From positions 1 through 38,977 of the IMG/VR virus record IMGVR_UViG_3300042191_000222: a stretch of DNA of 38,977 nt; one strand, given 5' to 3'. This DNA comes from a virus. Lineage: Duplodnaviria > Caudoviricetes. Below the pieces are notes generated by a model. That model worked only from the letters and a program-made list of their open reading frames with translations. It did no database searches and was not told where the DNA came from. Positions 7,302 through 16,942 of the stretch are shown here, in pieces. The translations under genes were made by a program, and so were the position numbers. The number at the start of each line of letters is the position of its first letter. The first letter of the stretch is position 1.

Positions 7302-8970
7302 TACGTCACTACCGCTCCACGACAACCGGGACACGCCATGGGACGGTGACGCCGCCGCCCAGGCGATGGCCGCCGCATGCACAAGCGACGACACGCTCGA
7401 CGCCACGTGCATGGGCCAGGGATTCCTATGGCGCGACCCCGACACCGACGACACCACCATGGCCGCCTACAAGTTCCCGGTCGCCGACATATTCGACGGA
7501 GCCAAGCACATCGTGTGGTCCGGGGTGACGGCTGCGGCCTCCTACCTGGAGCGCGCTGAAGACATTCCCGCCGCCGATATCGACCGGATGCGCTCAGCGC
7601 TGACGACCCTGTACGAACGGTTCGCCAAAGAATTCGGTGACGACTCCATCGTTGCGCCCTGGGAATCGGCTGCCGCCTCGGCGGTGGCGGCCGCCGAAGA
7701 ACCGGTTCAACCAGAGCCCAAGACAGAATGCGGCGACGGTGGTTGCACATGCCCATGCGGTGACACACCCGCTACCGACATACCGGTATACGACCCGGTC
7801 ATCCGGGCGTCAGCCGCCGATGGCACCGAATGGAAACCACCACGGGAATGGTTCGACGCCCAAGAGCCAGCGCCATTGACGATCACCGCCGACGGCCAGG
7901 TGTTCGGTGACCTGGCGCGGTTCGGTCAACGACACATCGGATACGCCGGGGCGGATATCTACCCACCACATGACCCCGATGGTTTGTACCGGTCGTTTCG
8001 GCAGCGGACCATCATCACCGCCGACGGTACGAAAATCGCCGTCGGTGTCCTGACCATGGACACCGGTCACGCCAGCATGGATGTCGGGTCGCAAGCCGCC
8101 GTCGAACACTACGACCACACCGGCGCGATCGTGGCGGCCGTCAACATTGGAGAAGACAACGCCGGTGGCGGCCGTATCTGGCTGGCCGGGGCGCTGCTGC
8201 CCTCCATCACTGAGGACCAGAAACTGCGACTCATGCTGTCAGGGGTGTCGGGTGACTGGCGGCAAACCCGGCCACGCGGTCCACTGGAACTAGTAGCCGC
8301 CCTGGCGGTCAATGTTCCCGGTTTCCCTGTTCCGGCCGTGGAAGTCGCCGATGGCCGTCAACTGACGATGGTCGCCGCCGGAGCCGTCATACCCGAAAAA
8401 CGCGACAACGTCGTCAACGTTGAACTGACCGACGAATTCATCGACAAGTTCGCCACCCGGTACGCCGAAGTCACCGAGCAGCGTGCGGCGTCGGCCCGTA
8501 AAGAGCAGGCCGACGCTGCCCGGTTGGCGCGTGCCCGCACCGCCAGCGCGGTCATGCGCGATTGTGTGCGGCGCAGTCGCGCCCGTAAAGCCCATTCGGT
8601 GTTGACCTCAGCCGTGGCGGCTCGTATGGCCGCGTCTGTGGGTGACGATGACGCTGACTCCGACCCGGCGCTGGTCGCCCAGGGTCGACGTAACCGGTTC
8701 TTGGATGAGCGTGGCCGTAACTGGGTGGAGCAGACCGGTGGCCTGCCCGAAGGTATACGTGCCGTCGCTGACGAATTGATCCTTAAAGGGTTTTCAGAGT
8801 CGCATGCGATCGCTGTGGCGGTCAACGTCAATAAACGGTGGTGCTGGGGGGCACCTGACGGTCTGAACTTTGCCGGTATTCAACGGGTGACACCGCGCAC
8901 CCGAGCGCGTGGCTGCAAAAACATCGCCGAATGGAATCTGAACCGGGCGCGCGCTCGGGCCGACAACTAA
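7285..8970 (+). CDS. capsid maturation protease-like fusion protein
   Basis: Central PP.EWF...HYD.TG...GED...IW.AG...SGDWR...LELVA.LAVN.PGFP domain, with extra N-terminal (PWDG...AYKFP) and C-terminal (NWVEQTGGLP) domains. Confidence 0.78.
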   Translation: MPVTVDTSLPLHDNRDTPWDGDAAAQAMAAACTSDDTLDATCMGQGFLWRDPDTDDTTMAAYKFPVADIFDGAKHIVWSGVTAAASYLERAEDIPAADIDRMRSALTTLYERFAKEFGDDSIVAPWESAAASAVAAAEEPVQPEPKTECGDGGCTCPCGDTPATDIPVYDPVIRASAADGTEWKPPREWFDAQEPAPLTITADGQVFGDLARFGQRHIGYAGADIYPPHDPDGLYRSFRQRTIITADGTKIAVGVLTMDTGHASMDVGSQAAVEHYDHTGAIVAAVNIGEDNAGGGRIWLAGALLPSITEDQKLRLMLSGVSGDWRQTRPRGPLELVAALAVNVPGFPVPAVEVADGRQLTMVAAGAVIPEKRDNVVNVELTDEFIDKFATRYAEVTEQRAASARKEQADAARLARARTASAVMRDCVRRSRARKAHSVLTSAVAARMAASVGDDDADSDPALVAQGRRNRFLDERGRNWVEQTGGLPEGIRAVADELILKGFSESHAIAVAVNVNKRWCWGAPDGLNFAGIQRVTPRTRARGCKNIAEWNLNRARARADN

Positions 8971-8988
8971 GAAACAACGGGGGCAATT

Positions 8989-9171
8989 ATGTGTGGTTGT
9001 ACTGCGGGTGCCGGTGGGGCCTCTAGCGCGTGGACGCCGGGTGGGCGTCTGCGTTACCAGGTGATCAGCAATGGGTTTGCCGTGTCTTATGGCAGTGAGG
9101 CTGATGCTAAGCGGCATCAGGCCGCTCACGGTGGGGAGATCAAGATCGTGACGCCGGGGTCGCGGCGGTAG
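8989..9171 (+). CDS. small MCGC-start protein preceding the capsid gene
   Basis: 60 aa with GGGGG SD. MxCxC-start small genes commonly occupy this position. Confidence 0.7.
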   Translation: MCGCTAGAGGASSAWTPGGRLRYQVISNGFAVSYGSEADAKRHQAAHGGEIKIVTPGSRR

Positions 9172-9183
9172 GCGGTGTCCCGC

Positions 9184-9230
9184 CGGGGGGTTGTGGCTAC
9201 CCCACCGTAGCCACAACCCCCCGATTTTTT
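9184..9230 (+). terminator. intrinsic terminator
   Basis: 17-bp perfect stem (9184-9200/9207-9223) followed by ATTTTTT. Confidence 0.85.
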
Positions 9231-9516
9231 CGGGCCGCGAAAAGTGCAACGTCGCCACAGCGACGCCATTGATCATTGCGCAGCGGAGTTGCTAAAGCAA
9301 GAGTCGGTAGTGGTTTGCGTGAAGATTTCTGACCCGCACTACCACCATCTGTCCCGATTTGATGTGATGTGTCGACTTCGTGTGGTAATGTCCGATTTGC
9401 GAGTTATGTGGTGCCGTGGGTGACCACTCCGCTCGCACCGTGACTGTCTGGCTAGAGGGCCGGGTTCGGGCTTCAACAGCCGTGCCCACTTAAGACATTC
9501 ACTATCGGGGGAAGCC

Positions 9517-11472
9517 ATGACTCTGGCCGACATCCTTGCCGCTCTGGCTGAGATCAGCGATCCAGAGCAGCTAACCACCACTATTGACGAACTGCTGGCT
9601 AATCCAGACATCGATCTGGCCGCGCTGCAAGAAGAACTCTCTAACCGTGCCGCCGAACTGACCGTTGTCGAACCGGCCGACATGACCGATGAGCAGATCG
9701 CTGAGGCCGAACTTGTCGCCCAGCTGATCGCCATCGTTACCGAAAAAATCGACGCCGGTACAGAAGGCGAAGAGGCGGCAGCCGAAGAGCCCGTCACCGA
9801 GGCGGCCGCTGAACCGGTTGCCGCGTCCATCGAAACCACGCAGGAAGACCAGGCCGCTCGAACTGAGCGGGCCAAGGCAGCTGCCCAGAAACTGGCCGAC
9901 GCGTCGGCCGTCGCCAAGACGCCCACACCACAACCTGCTCAGCCAGTTGTGGCCGTGCAGGAGGTCGCGCCTCCAGAACAGCCGATCGCGCCGGAGCCCG
10001 TTGCGGTTCCTGCCGTCACCGATATTGCGGCCGAAGCAGTCGCTCCGGTCGCCGAGCAGAAAGTAGAAGTTGCGTTGGAGCCTGTACCTGCTGCGGCCAA
10101 CCCGCCTGCCGCCACTGATGGCCGCCGCGAGACAGTGCCGCTGACCAATGTCATTCCCGCGCCGACCGCGCAAACCTCGGCCGACCCGCGTCGCATCAAA
10201 CACACCATCGTTGCTGCCGGTGACCTGCCCGGATACCGGGCCGGTCAAGAACTAAACGACATGGCGCAGGTGTCTGCGGCCGTCCAGACCGGTATGACCA
10301 TGGTGTCGCGGTCTCAAGCTCCAGGCATTCAGCAGCAGCTGGCGTCGATTCGCCGTGAGGCACCCGACCACCTGTTCTATGCCGGAGAGGGCGACCACGT
10401 CAAGGTCGATGCCGTCACCGACGTGCGGAATCTACCCGGCGGTGAGAAGGGTCTTATCGCAGCTGGAGGCTGGTGCGCGCCATCAGAATTCATTTACGAC
10501 ACCTGTCCGATTACTGTCAGTAGGGACGGGATGGTGGACCTTCCCACCATCACCGCCTCGCGTGGTGGCATCAAGTACTCGGGGAAACCAGACTTCTCAG
10601 CGATCTGGCAGAACGTCGGATTCATCCAGACCGAAGTGGATGCCATCGCTGGCGTCTTGAAGCCTTGCTATGAAATCCCGTGCCCAGCTGACCTCGACGA
10701 ATGTCGCATGGACATCAGCGGTATCTGTCTGAAGCAGCCAATTTTGACCGAACGAGGCTGGCCCGAGAAGGTCGCTGAGTTCGTTGAGCTGGCCATGCTG
10801 GCGCATGCCCACAAGATGAACGCCGAGCGTATCCGGCGTATGGCGGCCCTGGCCACCTACTCGCTGGAAGTTCCGGCCCCGGCGTTCCCTCAGGAAGCCT
10901 CGATTTTCGATCCGCACGGTCCCGGAGCCTTCGAGTCGGTTCTGTCGGTTCTGGAACTCCAGGTCGAGTTTTTCCGGTACTCCGGCCGCCTGGCCCGCAA
11001 CGCCACGCTGGAGGCGATCGCGCCGTACTGGTTCCGGGGCATCCTGCGCGCCGACATTTCCAAGAAACTGGGTATCGACGACCGGTGGGGAGCCGGAGCC
11101 GACGCCGCTTTGGACCGTTGGTTCGCCGACCGTGGCGTGCGTTTCCAGTATGTATACGACTGGCAAGACGCCATGGCCGATCAGGACGACACGTCGTTTG
11201 GTGGCGCGGTGCCGACGCAGTGGCCTGAGCAGGTGCAGATCCTGTTGTTCGAGCCGGGGACGTTCTTCGGTCTTCAGCAGGACGTGATCAACCTGTCTGG
11301 TGTCTACGACTCCGTTGACCTTCAGCGCAACGTCTACACTCGACTGTTCACTGAGGAAGGTTTTGCTGTCTGCACCCGCTGTGGCCGCAGCATGTTGCTG
11401 ACACTCAACCTGTGCCCGAACGGTCTGTCCGGTACACACCAGCGCACCCAGTGCGCCCCGGTTACGCCGTAA
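9517..11472 (+). CDS. major capsid (hexamer-type) protein with N-terminal scaffold-like region
   Basis: Acidic, Ala/Pro-rich N-terminus. L.AAGGWCAPSE..YD, RGG.., K.C.EIPCP and Q.VYDWQ motifs of cluster B-like capsid proteins. Confidence 0.9.
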   Translation: MTLADILAALAEISDPEQLTTTIDELLANPDIDLAALQEELSNRAAELTVVEPADMTDEQIAEAELVAQLIAIVTEKIDAGTEGEEAAAEEPVTEAAAEPVAASIETTQEDQAARTERAKAAAQKLADASAVAKTPTPQPAQPVVAVQEVAPPEQPIAPEPVAVPAVTDIAAEAVAPVAEQKVEVALEPVPAAANPPAATDGRRETVPLTNVIPAPTAQTSADPRRIKHTIVAAGDLPGYRAGQELNDMAQVSAAVQTGMTMVSRSQAPGIQQQLASIRREAPDHLFYAGEGDHVKVDAVTDVRNLPGGEKGLIAAGGWCAPSEFIYDTCPITVSRDGMVDLPTITASRGGIKYSGKPDFSAIWQNVGFIQTEVDAIAGVLKPCYEIPCPADLDECRMDISGICLKQPILTERGWPEKVAEFVELAMLAHAHKMNAERIRRMAALATYSLEVPAPAFPQEASIFDPHGPGAFESVLSVLELQVEFFRYSGRLARNATLEAIAPYWFRGILRADISKKLGIDDRWGAGADAALDRWFADRGVRFQYVYDWQDAMADQDDTSFGGAVPTQWPEQVQILLFEPGTFFGLQQDVINLSGVYDSVDLQRNVYTRLFTEEGFAVCTRCGRSMLLTLNLCPNGLSGTHQRTQCAPVTP

Positions 11473-11482
11473 GGACGCTGCC

Positions 11483-12931
11483 GTGGCTTTGATCCGTTCC
11501 CGCGTAGACCCGCCAGCGGCCAACCGGCCGCTGTACGGGCTGCTCGACGTTGCCGCCGAACAGAACCCAGATTCTGGCAAATGGCGCACCGGCGTCGAGT
11601 ACGACACTTTCGCCTGCCATGAGGCGAAAGTGTGGGGTGAATGGTGCCAAGGTTCCGGCCAGCCGACTGGCGAAACGATCACCCGCACCATCTCGGTGAC
11701 GCTGACCGGTACTCGCACCGGCGCGGCGGAACCATTCGAATACGGGCTGACGTTTACTGCCGCCGTCGACGGTGGCCCCATTCGGCAAATCCAGGTGCGG
11801 GTCGAAACCCAAACCGATTCCTATAGTGCTGTCGCCCCCACGGGGGCGGCAGCCACACCGGTGGTCACCAGTGCCGACGCACCGCTGGTGGCTACAGCCA
11901 CGATCACCGACCTGGTGACCGGAACCACGATCGCCGTGGCGGTAGAACAGAACGTTGACGGGACACTGGTCGAACCGGTCGCTCCGCTAGTCATCGCGGT
12001 ACCCGAGCAGGCCGTGCCCGACGGGTGCTTCGGCATCACCACGGTGTTGACGGCGGCTCCGGCGGCCACCGGAGGCGGAGCCGCCGTATCGGCGGTGGCC
12101 ACCACCACCGGGGGCGACAACCGGCAGCTGCTGGTGTACATCGGGTCGACCAGGACTGTTCTTACCGCTGGAGCGGGCACGTCCACGCTGGTGGAGAACC
12201 TGGCTCCAGGTATCTACCGGATCGGTATTCGGGACGTGGAGTCCTGGTCATTCGTGTCTGGTTGGTTGTACATCGGTGACGACTTCACCGGAACCGCCAC
12301 CTTCGTTCAGGCCACGTGCGCCGTTAAAGACATCTCGACACCGCCATGGCAAACCATCACGGCCGATCCATTCACGATCTACGCCGAAGTCATCTGTTCC
12401 ACGATGGCTTTCGACGAGGCAGCCCCGTGGGCGGCCCAGGCCCTACAGCTGTCGGCTGGCCGGACGATCGAGAGGCACTACTGGGAATCACTGATTCAGC
12501 GCGGCCAACAACTAGCAGCTGGTAACGCCGTCGACCCGGTGCGTGCCCTGGCTGAACTGGAGCAGTACATAGCGTCTGTTTACAACGGAATGGGCATTAT
12601 CCATACCTCCCCGTGGGGGGTGGCCTACCTATCGAACGCCGGGCTGCTGGACGACACCGCCGACGGGGACGAGCGGCTACGGACCTGGCGCGGAACACCG
12701 GTCATCGTCGGGCACGGATACCCACGAGAAGGCACCGATACCGCTGCGACCGGAGCCGATTTTTGGATGTTCATCACCGGTGCCATCTCCATCATCACCG
12801 CCACCGACGACCCGATCGAGGTCGTCGATAAAGAACGCAACGACCGGTTCGCTGTGGCCGAACAGACCGTCGTGGTCCTTGATGACTGCCCGGTACCGGG
12901 TGTTGTGCATGTGACTGCGGTGGTGCTGTAG
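11483..12931 (+). CDS. second capsid protein (pentamer/minor capsid type) with beta-rich insertion
   Basis: V.PP.....YGL start, DPFTIYA...CS, AL..LE......Y.G.G.IH and T..GTPV..G.GY motifs; directly follows the MCP. Confidence 0.72.
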   Translation: MALIRSRVDPPAANRPLYGLLDVAAEQNPDSGKWRTGVEYDTFACHEAKVWGEWCQGSGQPTGETITRTISVTLTGTRTGAAEPFEYGLTFTAAVDGGPIRQIQVRVETQTDSYSAVAPTGAAATPVVTSADAPLVATATITDLVTGTTIAVAVEQNVDGTLVEPVAPLVIAVPEQAVPDGCFGITTVLTAAPAATGGGAAVSAVATTTGGDNRQLLVYIGSTRTVLTAGAGTSTLVENLAPGIYRIGIRDVESWSFVSGWLYIGDDFTGTATFVQATCAVKDISTPPWQTITADPFTIYAEVICSTMAFDEAAPWAAQALQLSAGRTIERHYWESLIQRGQQLAAGNAVDPVRALAELEQYIASVYNGMGIIHTSPWGVAYLSNAGLLDDTADGDERLRTWRGTPVIVGHGYPREGTDTAATGADFWMFITGAISIITATDDPIEVVDKERNDRFAVAEQTVVVLDDCPVPGVVHVTAVVL

Positions 12932-12933
12932 CC

Positions 12934-13395
12934 ATGACTGAGCTGACCAGTGTTTACGTACCGGCGACCGTGTCGTTGCCGGGGATTTTGCGGCAGGCGG
13001 TAGATCGTGCGCAGTCGCTGGCGATCGGCGATTTTGTGCCGGTTTTGTCGCGCGCCAACGCCCACCGGGTTGTGGTCATGCCCACGTCGGTGGCATTGGC
13101 GCTTCACAGCAAAGCACCTGACCTAGTTCTGGTACCTCCCCCACCAGCTCCAGTGCCAGCACCACCGCCGCCAACAGTGGCCGCTTCGCCGCCGAGGCCG
13201 GTAATCGAGCTTCGTGGGGAGGCCGGGCCTGAGGCCACCGTCCCACTGTCGTCGGTAATGACCGCCGAGCCCTCCGCTGAGATGGCTGAACCTGCGGTGG
13301 TTAAGGCCGCGCCACGCAAGAAACCCAAATCCAAGAAGACCACGACGAGCGCGCGTAAGTCGCGGTCGCGTAACGAGGGGGAGAGCAATGGCTGA
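12934..13395 (+). CDS. hypothetical Pro/Lys-rich virion-region protein
   Basis: 153-aa ORF tightly packed between capsid and tail genes. Confidence 0.65.
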   Translation: MTELTSVYVPATVSLPGILRQAVDRAQSLAIGDFVPVLSRANAHRVVVMPTSVALALHSKAPDLVLVPPPPAPVPAPPPPTVAASPPRPVIELRGEAGPEATVPLSSVMTAEPSAEMAEPAVVKAAPRKKPKSKKTTTSARKSRSRNEGESNG

Positions 13396-15010
13396 AAGCT
13401 CCATTGTGCGTGGACGCGTTGCGCGGTTCACGAAACTGGACGCACTGGGCCGTCCGATCTATGGACCTGGCGCGATGGCGGTGACCAAAGGTCTCATCCA
13501 GGTCACCTACACGCCGAACTCTGAAGAGGGTGAGGCAATCTCGGTTCTGAACTTCGCCGGGGAACAATGCATCAGTTCTCCTGCGCCCTGCGCTTCTATC
13601 ACCAACTGGACTGTAGCTATCCAGTTTTGCGCCGTGGACCCCTGCATCATCTTGATGATGTATCCATCGTGGATTCCTTACTACGATGATTTCGGCAACA
13701 TCAAGGGGTTCCAGGTCGTCGGGTCGCTGGTATGTGACACCGGTTTCGCTTTGGAGGTCTGGGGCAACACCGGGTCGGCCGGATCTTCTGGGGTGCAGTG
13801 TGGCCCTGGCGCTCAGGGTGGTTTCCGTTACCTGTTGACGCCTCGCCTGGTGGGTGCGGTGCCCGGTGAAATCGTTGTCGCCAACGACGCGACCACTTTC
13901 ACGTTCAACGGCACCACGACCATCCCAGTCGGATGGCGCAAAGGACCGTACCTTGTAGACATAGTTAATGGTTTGCCGAGTGTTCTGCGCGACCCGATGA
14001 GCGACAGAACACAGCTGCTGGACATCAGCACCAACGTGCAGCCACCAGCCGTCACCGGCGGTTGCGTCAACCTGCCCCGGCCGATCCCCGAAGAAGCCAG
14101 CCTCATCATCGACCGCGATCCATCCAACGACACCGGGTCGTGTGTCCGCGTCATCATCGACAACCACGGATACGGACCGGTCACCGTCAACTGGGGCGAC
14201 GGCACCGCACCCGAGGAATACCCGGACTGCTCGGTTGCCACACACTGCTACGAGACCGACGGCACCTACTCGATCTGCGTGGCGGACAAACAGACACCGG
14301 TCATCGTCGTCTGCCGGGATGTCATCATCCCGCTGCCCGACGACAACCCGCAACTGACAGTCGTCGGCGACGACACCAACAACATGTGCGTCAACGCGAC
14401 CATCGTGATGCCACCACACTCCGACGGCCGCGTGTCCGTCGACTGGGGCGACGGCACACCGCCGAGCCTGGCGACCGCTGACGGTACGACCCCGCTGGAG
14501 ATGCAGCACTGCTACGCCTCCGCAGGGGTCTACCAGATCAAAGCCACGCGAGTGGAACAGCCGGTCTACTACGACACCGAAACCGTCATCCTGCCCACGC
14601 AGCAGAACCCGATCATCTCGGCAGTTGTTGACGGCAACAACGTTGTCCTGACCGTCGACAACCACGGCAATGGCCTGACCACTGTCGACTGGGGTGACGG
14701 TCAATCGTCGTCCGGCCCGGCCACCGACGGCGGCACCGTATCGCACATATACGCCGCCGACGGCACCTACGAGATCACGGTCCGTTCGGTAGCCAACCCG
14801 CTGGCGATGGCCACCACCGATGTCGTCATCGGTTCCGGTGGCGGCGAACTGACCTTGACGGTCACCGCCGACCCTGCCGATCCGACCGGGATGACCGCGC
14901 TGGCGACCTGGGGCACCGACACAGGCGGCGGCATGGACGCCGCAGTCGACGCCGACCCTGCCGATCCGACCGGGATGACCGCGCTGGTCACCTACTCAAC
15001 TCAAGCGTAG
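13388..15010 (+). CDS. major tail (tube) protein with C-terminal PKD domains
   Basis: RG...R.T.LD..G.P, F..VDP, FALEVW and W..GPY tube motifs, then three V.WGDG...H.Y...G.Y PKD repeats. Confidence 0.85.
   Translation: MAESSIVRGRVARFTKLDALGRPIYGPGAMAVTKGLIQVTYTPNSEEGEAISVLNFAGEQCISSPAPCASITNWTVAIQFCAVDPCIILMMYPSWIPYYDDFGNIKGFQVVGSLVCDTGFALEVWGNTGSAGSSGVQCGPGAQGGFRYLLTPRLVGAVPGEIVVANDATTFTFNGTTTIPVGWRKGPYLVDIVNGLPSVLRDPMSDRTQLLDISTNVQPPAVTGGCVNLPRPIPEEASLIIDRDPSNDTGSCVRVIIDNHGYGPVTVNWGDGTAPEEYPDCSVATHCYETDGTYSICVADKQTPVIVVCRDVIIPLPDDNPQLTVVGDDTNNMCVNATIVMPPHSDGRVSVDWGDGTPPSLATADGTTPLEMQHCYASAGVYQIKATRVEQPVYYDTETVILPTQQNPIISAVVDGNNVVLTVDNHGNGLTTVDWGDGQSSSGPATDGGTVSHIYAADGTYEITVRSVANPLAMATTDVVIGSGGGELTLTVTADPADPTGMTALATWGTDTGGGMDAAVDADPADPTGMTALVTYSTQA
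14866..14987 (+). repeat. 38-bp perfect direct repeat encoding ADPADPTGMTAL
   Basis: 14866-14903 is identical to 14950-14987; a degenerate third copy lies at 18291-18328. Confidence 0.9.
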
Positions 15011-15026
15011 TTAAGGAGATACGGCC

Positions 15027-16097
15027 ATGACGGTCAAAATCAAATGGGATGCCGACGCTGACAAGACAGGTCGACCCGACGCAGGCACCGACACCAAGCA
15101 GTACCCATCGGGGGCAACGTCGGGGACAGTGACGGTCACCAGCGAACAGGACCCCACCAAAACCAAGACAGTTACGTTCACGCTTCCGATATCCGGCTCT
15201 GGTGCGGCGTTGACGCCCGACAAAACCAGCGTCGATTCTGGTGGAGACGCTGCTGCCCGCACCATCACCGTGGCGGGAACCGGGTTCACCGCCTTGACCG
15301 CCGGAACCGTAACCCTCAACACCGGTGGACCCGGCTCCGGCGGCACCGTGTTGGCGACCGCCAATGTCACCACCGACGCCGCTGGAGCGTTCACCGGTGC
15401 GACGCTGGTCGTACCGGCTGGCCAAGCCGCTGGCGAATACCACCTGGTGGGAACTGTGGGGACTGCCGGTTCCGACAACACCACGATCACCGTGACCGTA
15501 GCGGCTACTCCGGCGATCGTCGCCGACAAGACAACCGTCGACTCTGGCGGCGACGAGGCAGAACGCACCGTATCGGTAACCGGTACCGGTTTTACTGCCT
15601 CGGCCACCGGAACCGTCGCGATTCACCCCGGAGCTCCCGGCTCCGGCGGCACCGCGATCGTGTCGCAGCCGGTCACCACCGACGCCGCTGGAGCGTTCAC
15701 CGCGACGGCCCTGATCGTCCCCGCTTCGCAAGCCGCAGGCGATTACCACATCGTGGCCACCGTCACCGTCTCGTCCTCCGACGACACGGCACTGGCAGTG
15801 ACCCTGGCGGCGCAGATGGACGCTCCCACGAACGTGGCCGCCGGGACGGTGACCACAACGACCATTCCGTTGACGTGGGACGCGGTGACCACACCGGTGG
15901 CCGCTGAAGGCTACATCGTTCGGCATGCACCGACGGGCACCACCACATGGACTGAACGGCCTGTGGTGGCCACCGCCGCCGACACCATCGACGGTTTGAC
16001 CGCCAACACCGGATACGACATCCAGGTCAAGGCCCAAGCCACCGACCACACCGACAGCGACTGGTCGGTCCTGATCACGGCGACAACCGCCGCGTAA
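15027..16097 (+). CDS. virion decoration protein: two Ig-like repeats plus C-terminal Fn3
   Basis: A roughly 102-aa duplicated unit (TVAGTGFT...TTDAAGAF), then L.W..V...Y.V......I.GL.ANT.Y.IQVKA. TAAGGAG SD. Confidence 0.8.
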   Translation: MTVKIKWDADADKTGRPDAGTDTKQYPSGATSGTVTVTSEQDPTKTKTVTFTLPISGSGAALTPDKTSVDSGGDAAARTITVAGTGFTALTAGTVTLNTGGPGSGGTVLATANVTTDAAGAFTGATLVVPAGQAAGEYHLVGTVGTAGSDNTTITVTVAATPAIVADKTTVDSGGDEAERTVSVTGTGFTASATGTVAIHPGAPGSGGTAIVSQPVTTDAAGAFTATALIVPASQAAGDYHIVATVTVSSSDDTALAVTLAAQMDAPTNVAAGTVTTTTIPLTWDAVTTPVAAEGYIVRHAPTGTTTWTERPVVATAADTIDGLTANTGYDIQVKAQATDHTDSDWSVLITATTAA

Positions 16098-16125
16098 CCA
16101 TCCATTATCAACAGGGGGTACCACC

Positions 16126-16761
16126 ATGGCTGTTCCTGGAGCGGGCTTGAGCCTCATCCCAGTCGATGGCCCAACCCGCACGGCGGTTGCGCAGCAGCTG
16201 GCGTGCTGGGCCAAGCAGGAAAACGGGATGACTGATCCCAGAATCAGGTTCCTGTCGTGCTGCAAGCTCGGCTACTACTACATTCCACCGGAGGTGTGCA
16301 CCGCCGGTTACGGGGATATCCCGTTCACCAGTCGGGGCGCGGCCATCGTCTGCGACGCCGAGGAGGCCGACCAGTTCGATTTGACGATCTTGGCCTCCGA
16401 TGTGTCGCCGATCGATCCGAACACATGCACCACTGACGGTATCCAGTTGTCGACGCCGACGGGCCTGGCAGCCACTGCCGGAGACGCGTTGGTGTCGCTG
16501 ACATGGGACGCAGTGCCGGGTGCTGAGACCTACACCGTCCGGTACAAGCTGTTGACCGACGGAACGTGGACCGAGATGACGGCCGCTGCGGGAACGACAG
16601 CCGAAGTCACTGGCCTGACCAACGACTCCGCATACGAGTTCCAGGTGAAGGCATCGGCGACCGGATACACCGATTCGACCTATTCGGCTTCGGTGAACGC
16701 GACACCAGTCGCAGCGGGGGGCTTATACCGCAAGCGGCTGGCGGCCCGGACTGAGCGGTAG
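16126..16761 (+). CDS. Fn3-domain virion protein
   Basis: PTGL.AT.GD..VSLTWDAV.GA..Y.VRY...VTGLTND..YEFQVKA. Confidence 0.8.
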   Translation: MAVPGAGLSLIPVDGPTRTAVAQQLACWAKQENGMTDPRIRFLSCCKLGYYYIPPEVCTAGYGDIPFTSRGAAIVCDAEEADQFDLTILASDVSPIDPNTCTTDGIQLSTPTGLAATAGDALVSLTWDAVPGAETYTVRYKLLTDGTWTEMTAAAGTTAEVTGLTNDSAYEFQVKASATGYTDSTYSASVNATPVAAGGLYRKRLAARTER

Positions 16762-16810
16762 CGGGGGGAAGTCCGGGCCACAGCACACGGTTCTCCACGG
16801 GGAGCACCAG

Positions 16811-16843
16811 GAAGGCGGGGGTACCTCATCGGCCCCCGCCTTC
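16811..16843 (+). terminator. putative terminator hairpin
   Basis: 11-bp stem GAAGGCGGGGG/CCCCCGCCTTC after the capsid-tail operon; no U-tract. Confidence 0.65.
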
Positions 16844-16942
16844 GTCATATCGGCATCGTCCGGCGCGCACACCAACCATTTCAGCCGTTATGTCGTATTT
16901 TGGGTAGAATCGGGTGAATCGTCAGGGTTAGGGGGGACGGGT

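Noticed and set aside
14866-14987. CRISPR-like repeat-spacer-repeat
   Set aside because: Only two exact copies, in frame inside a coding sequence, with no cas genes.
15000-15030. Stop-codon readthrough fusing the tail tube to the 15027 protein
   Set aside because: The ORFs are in different frames and 15027 has its own TAAGGAG SD.
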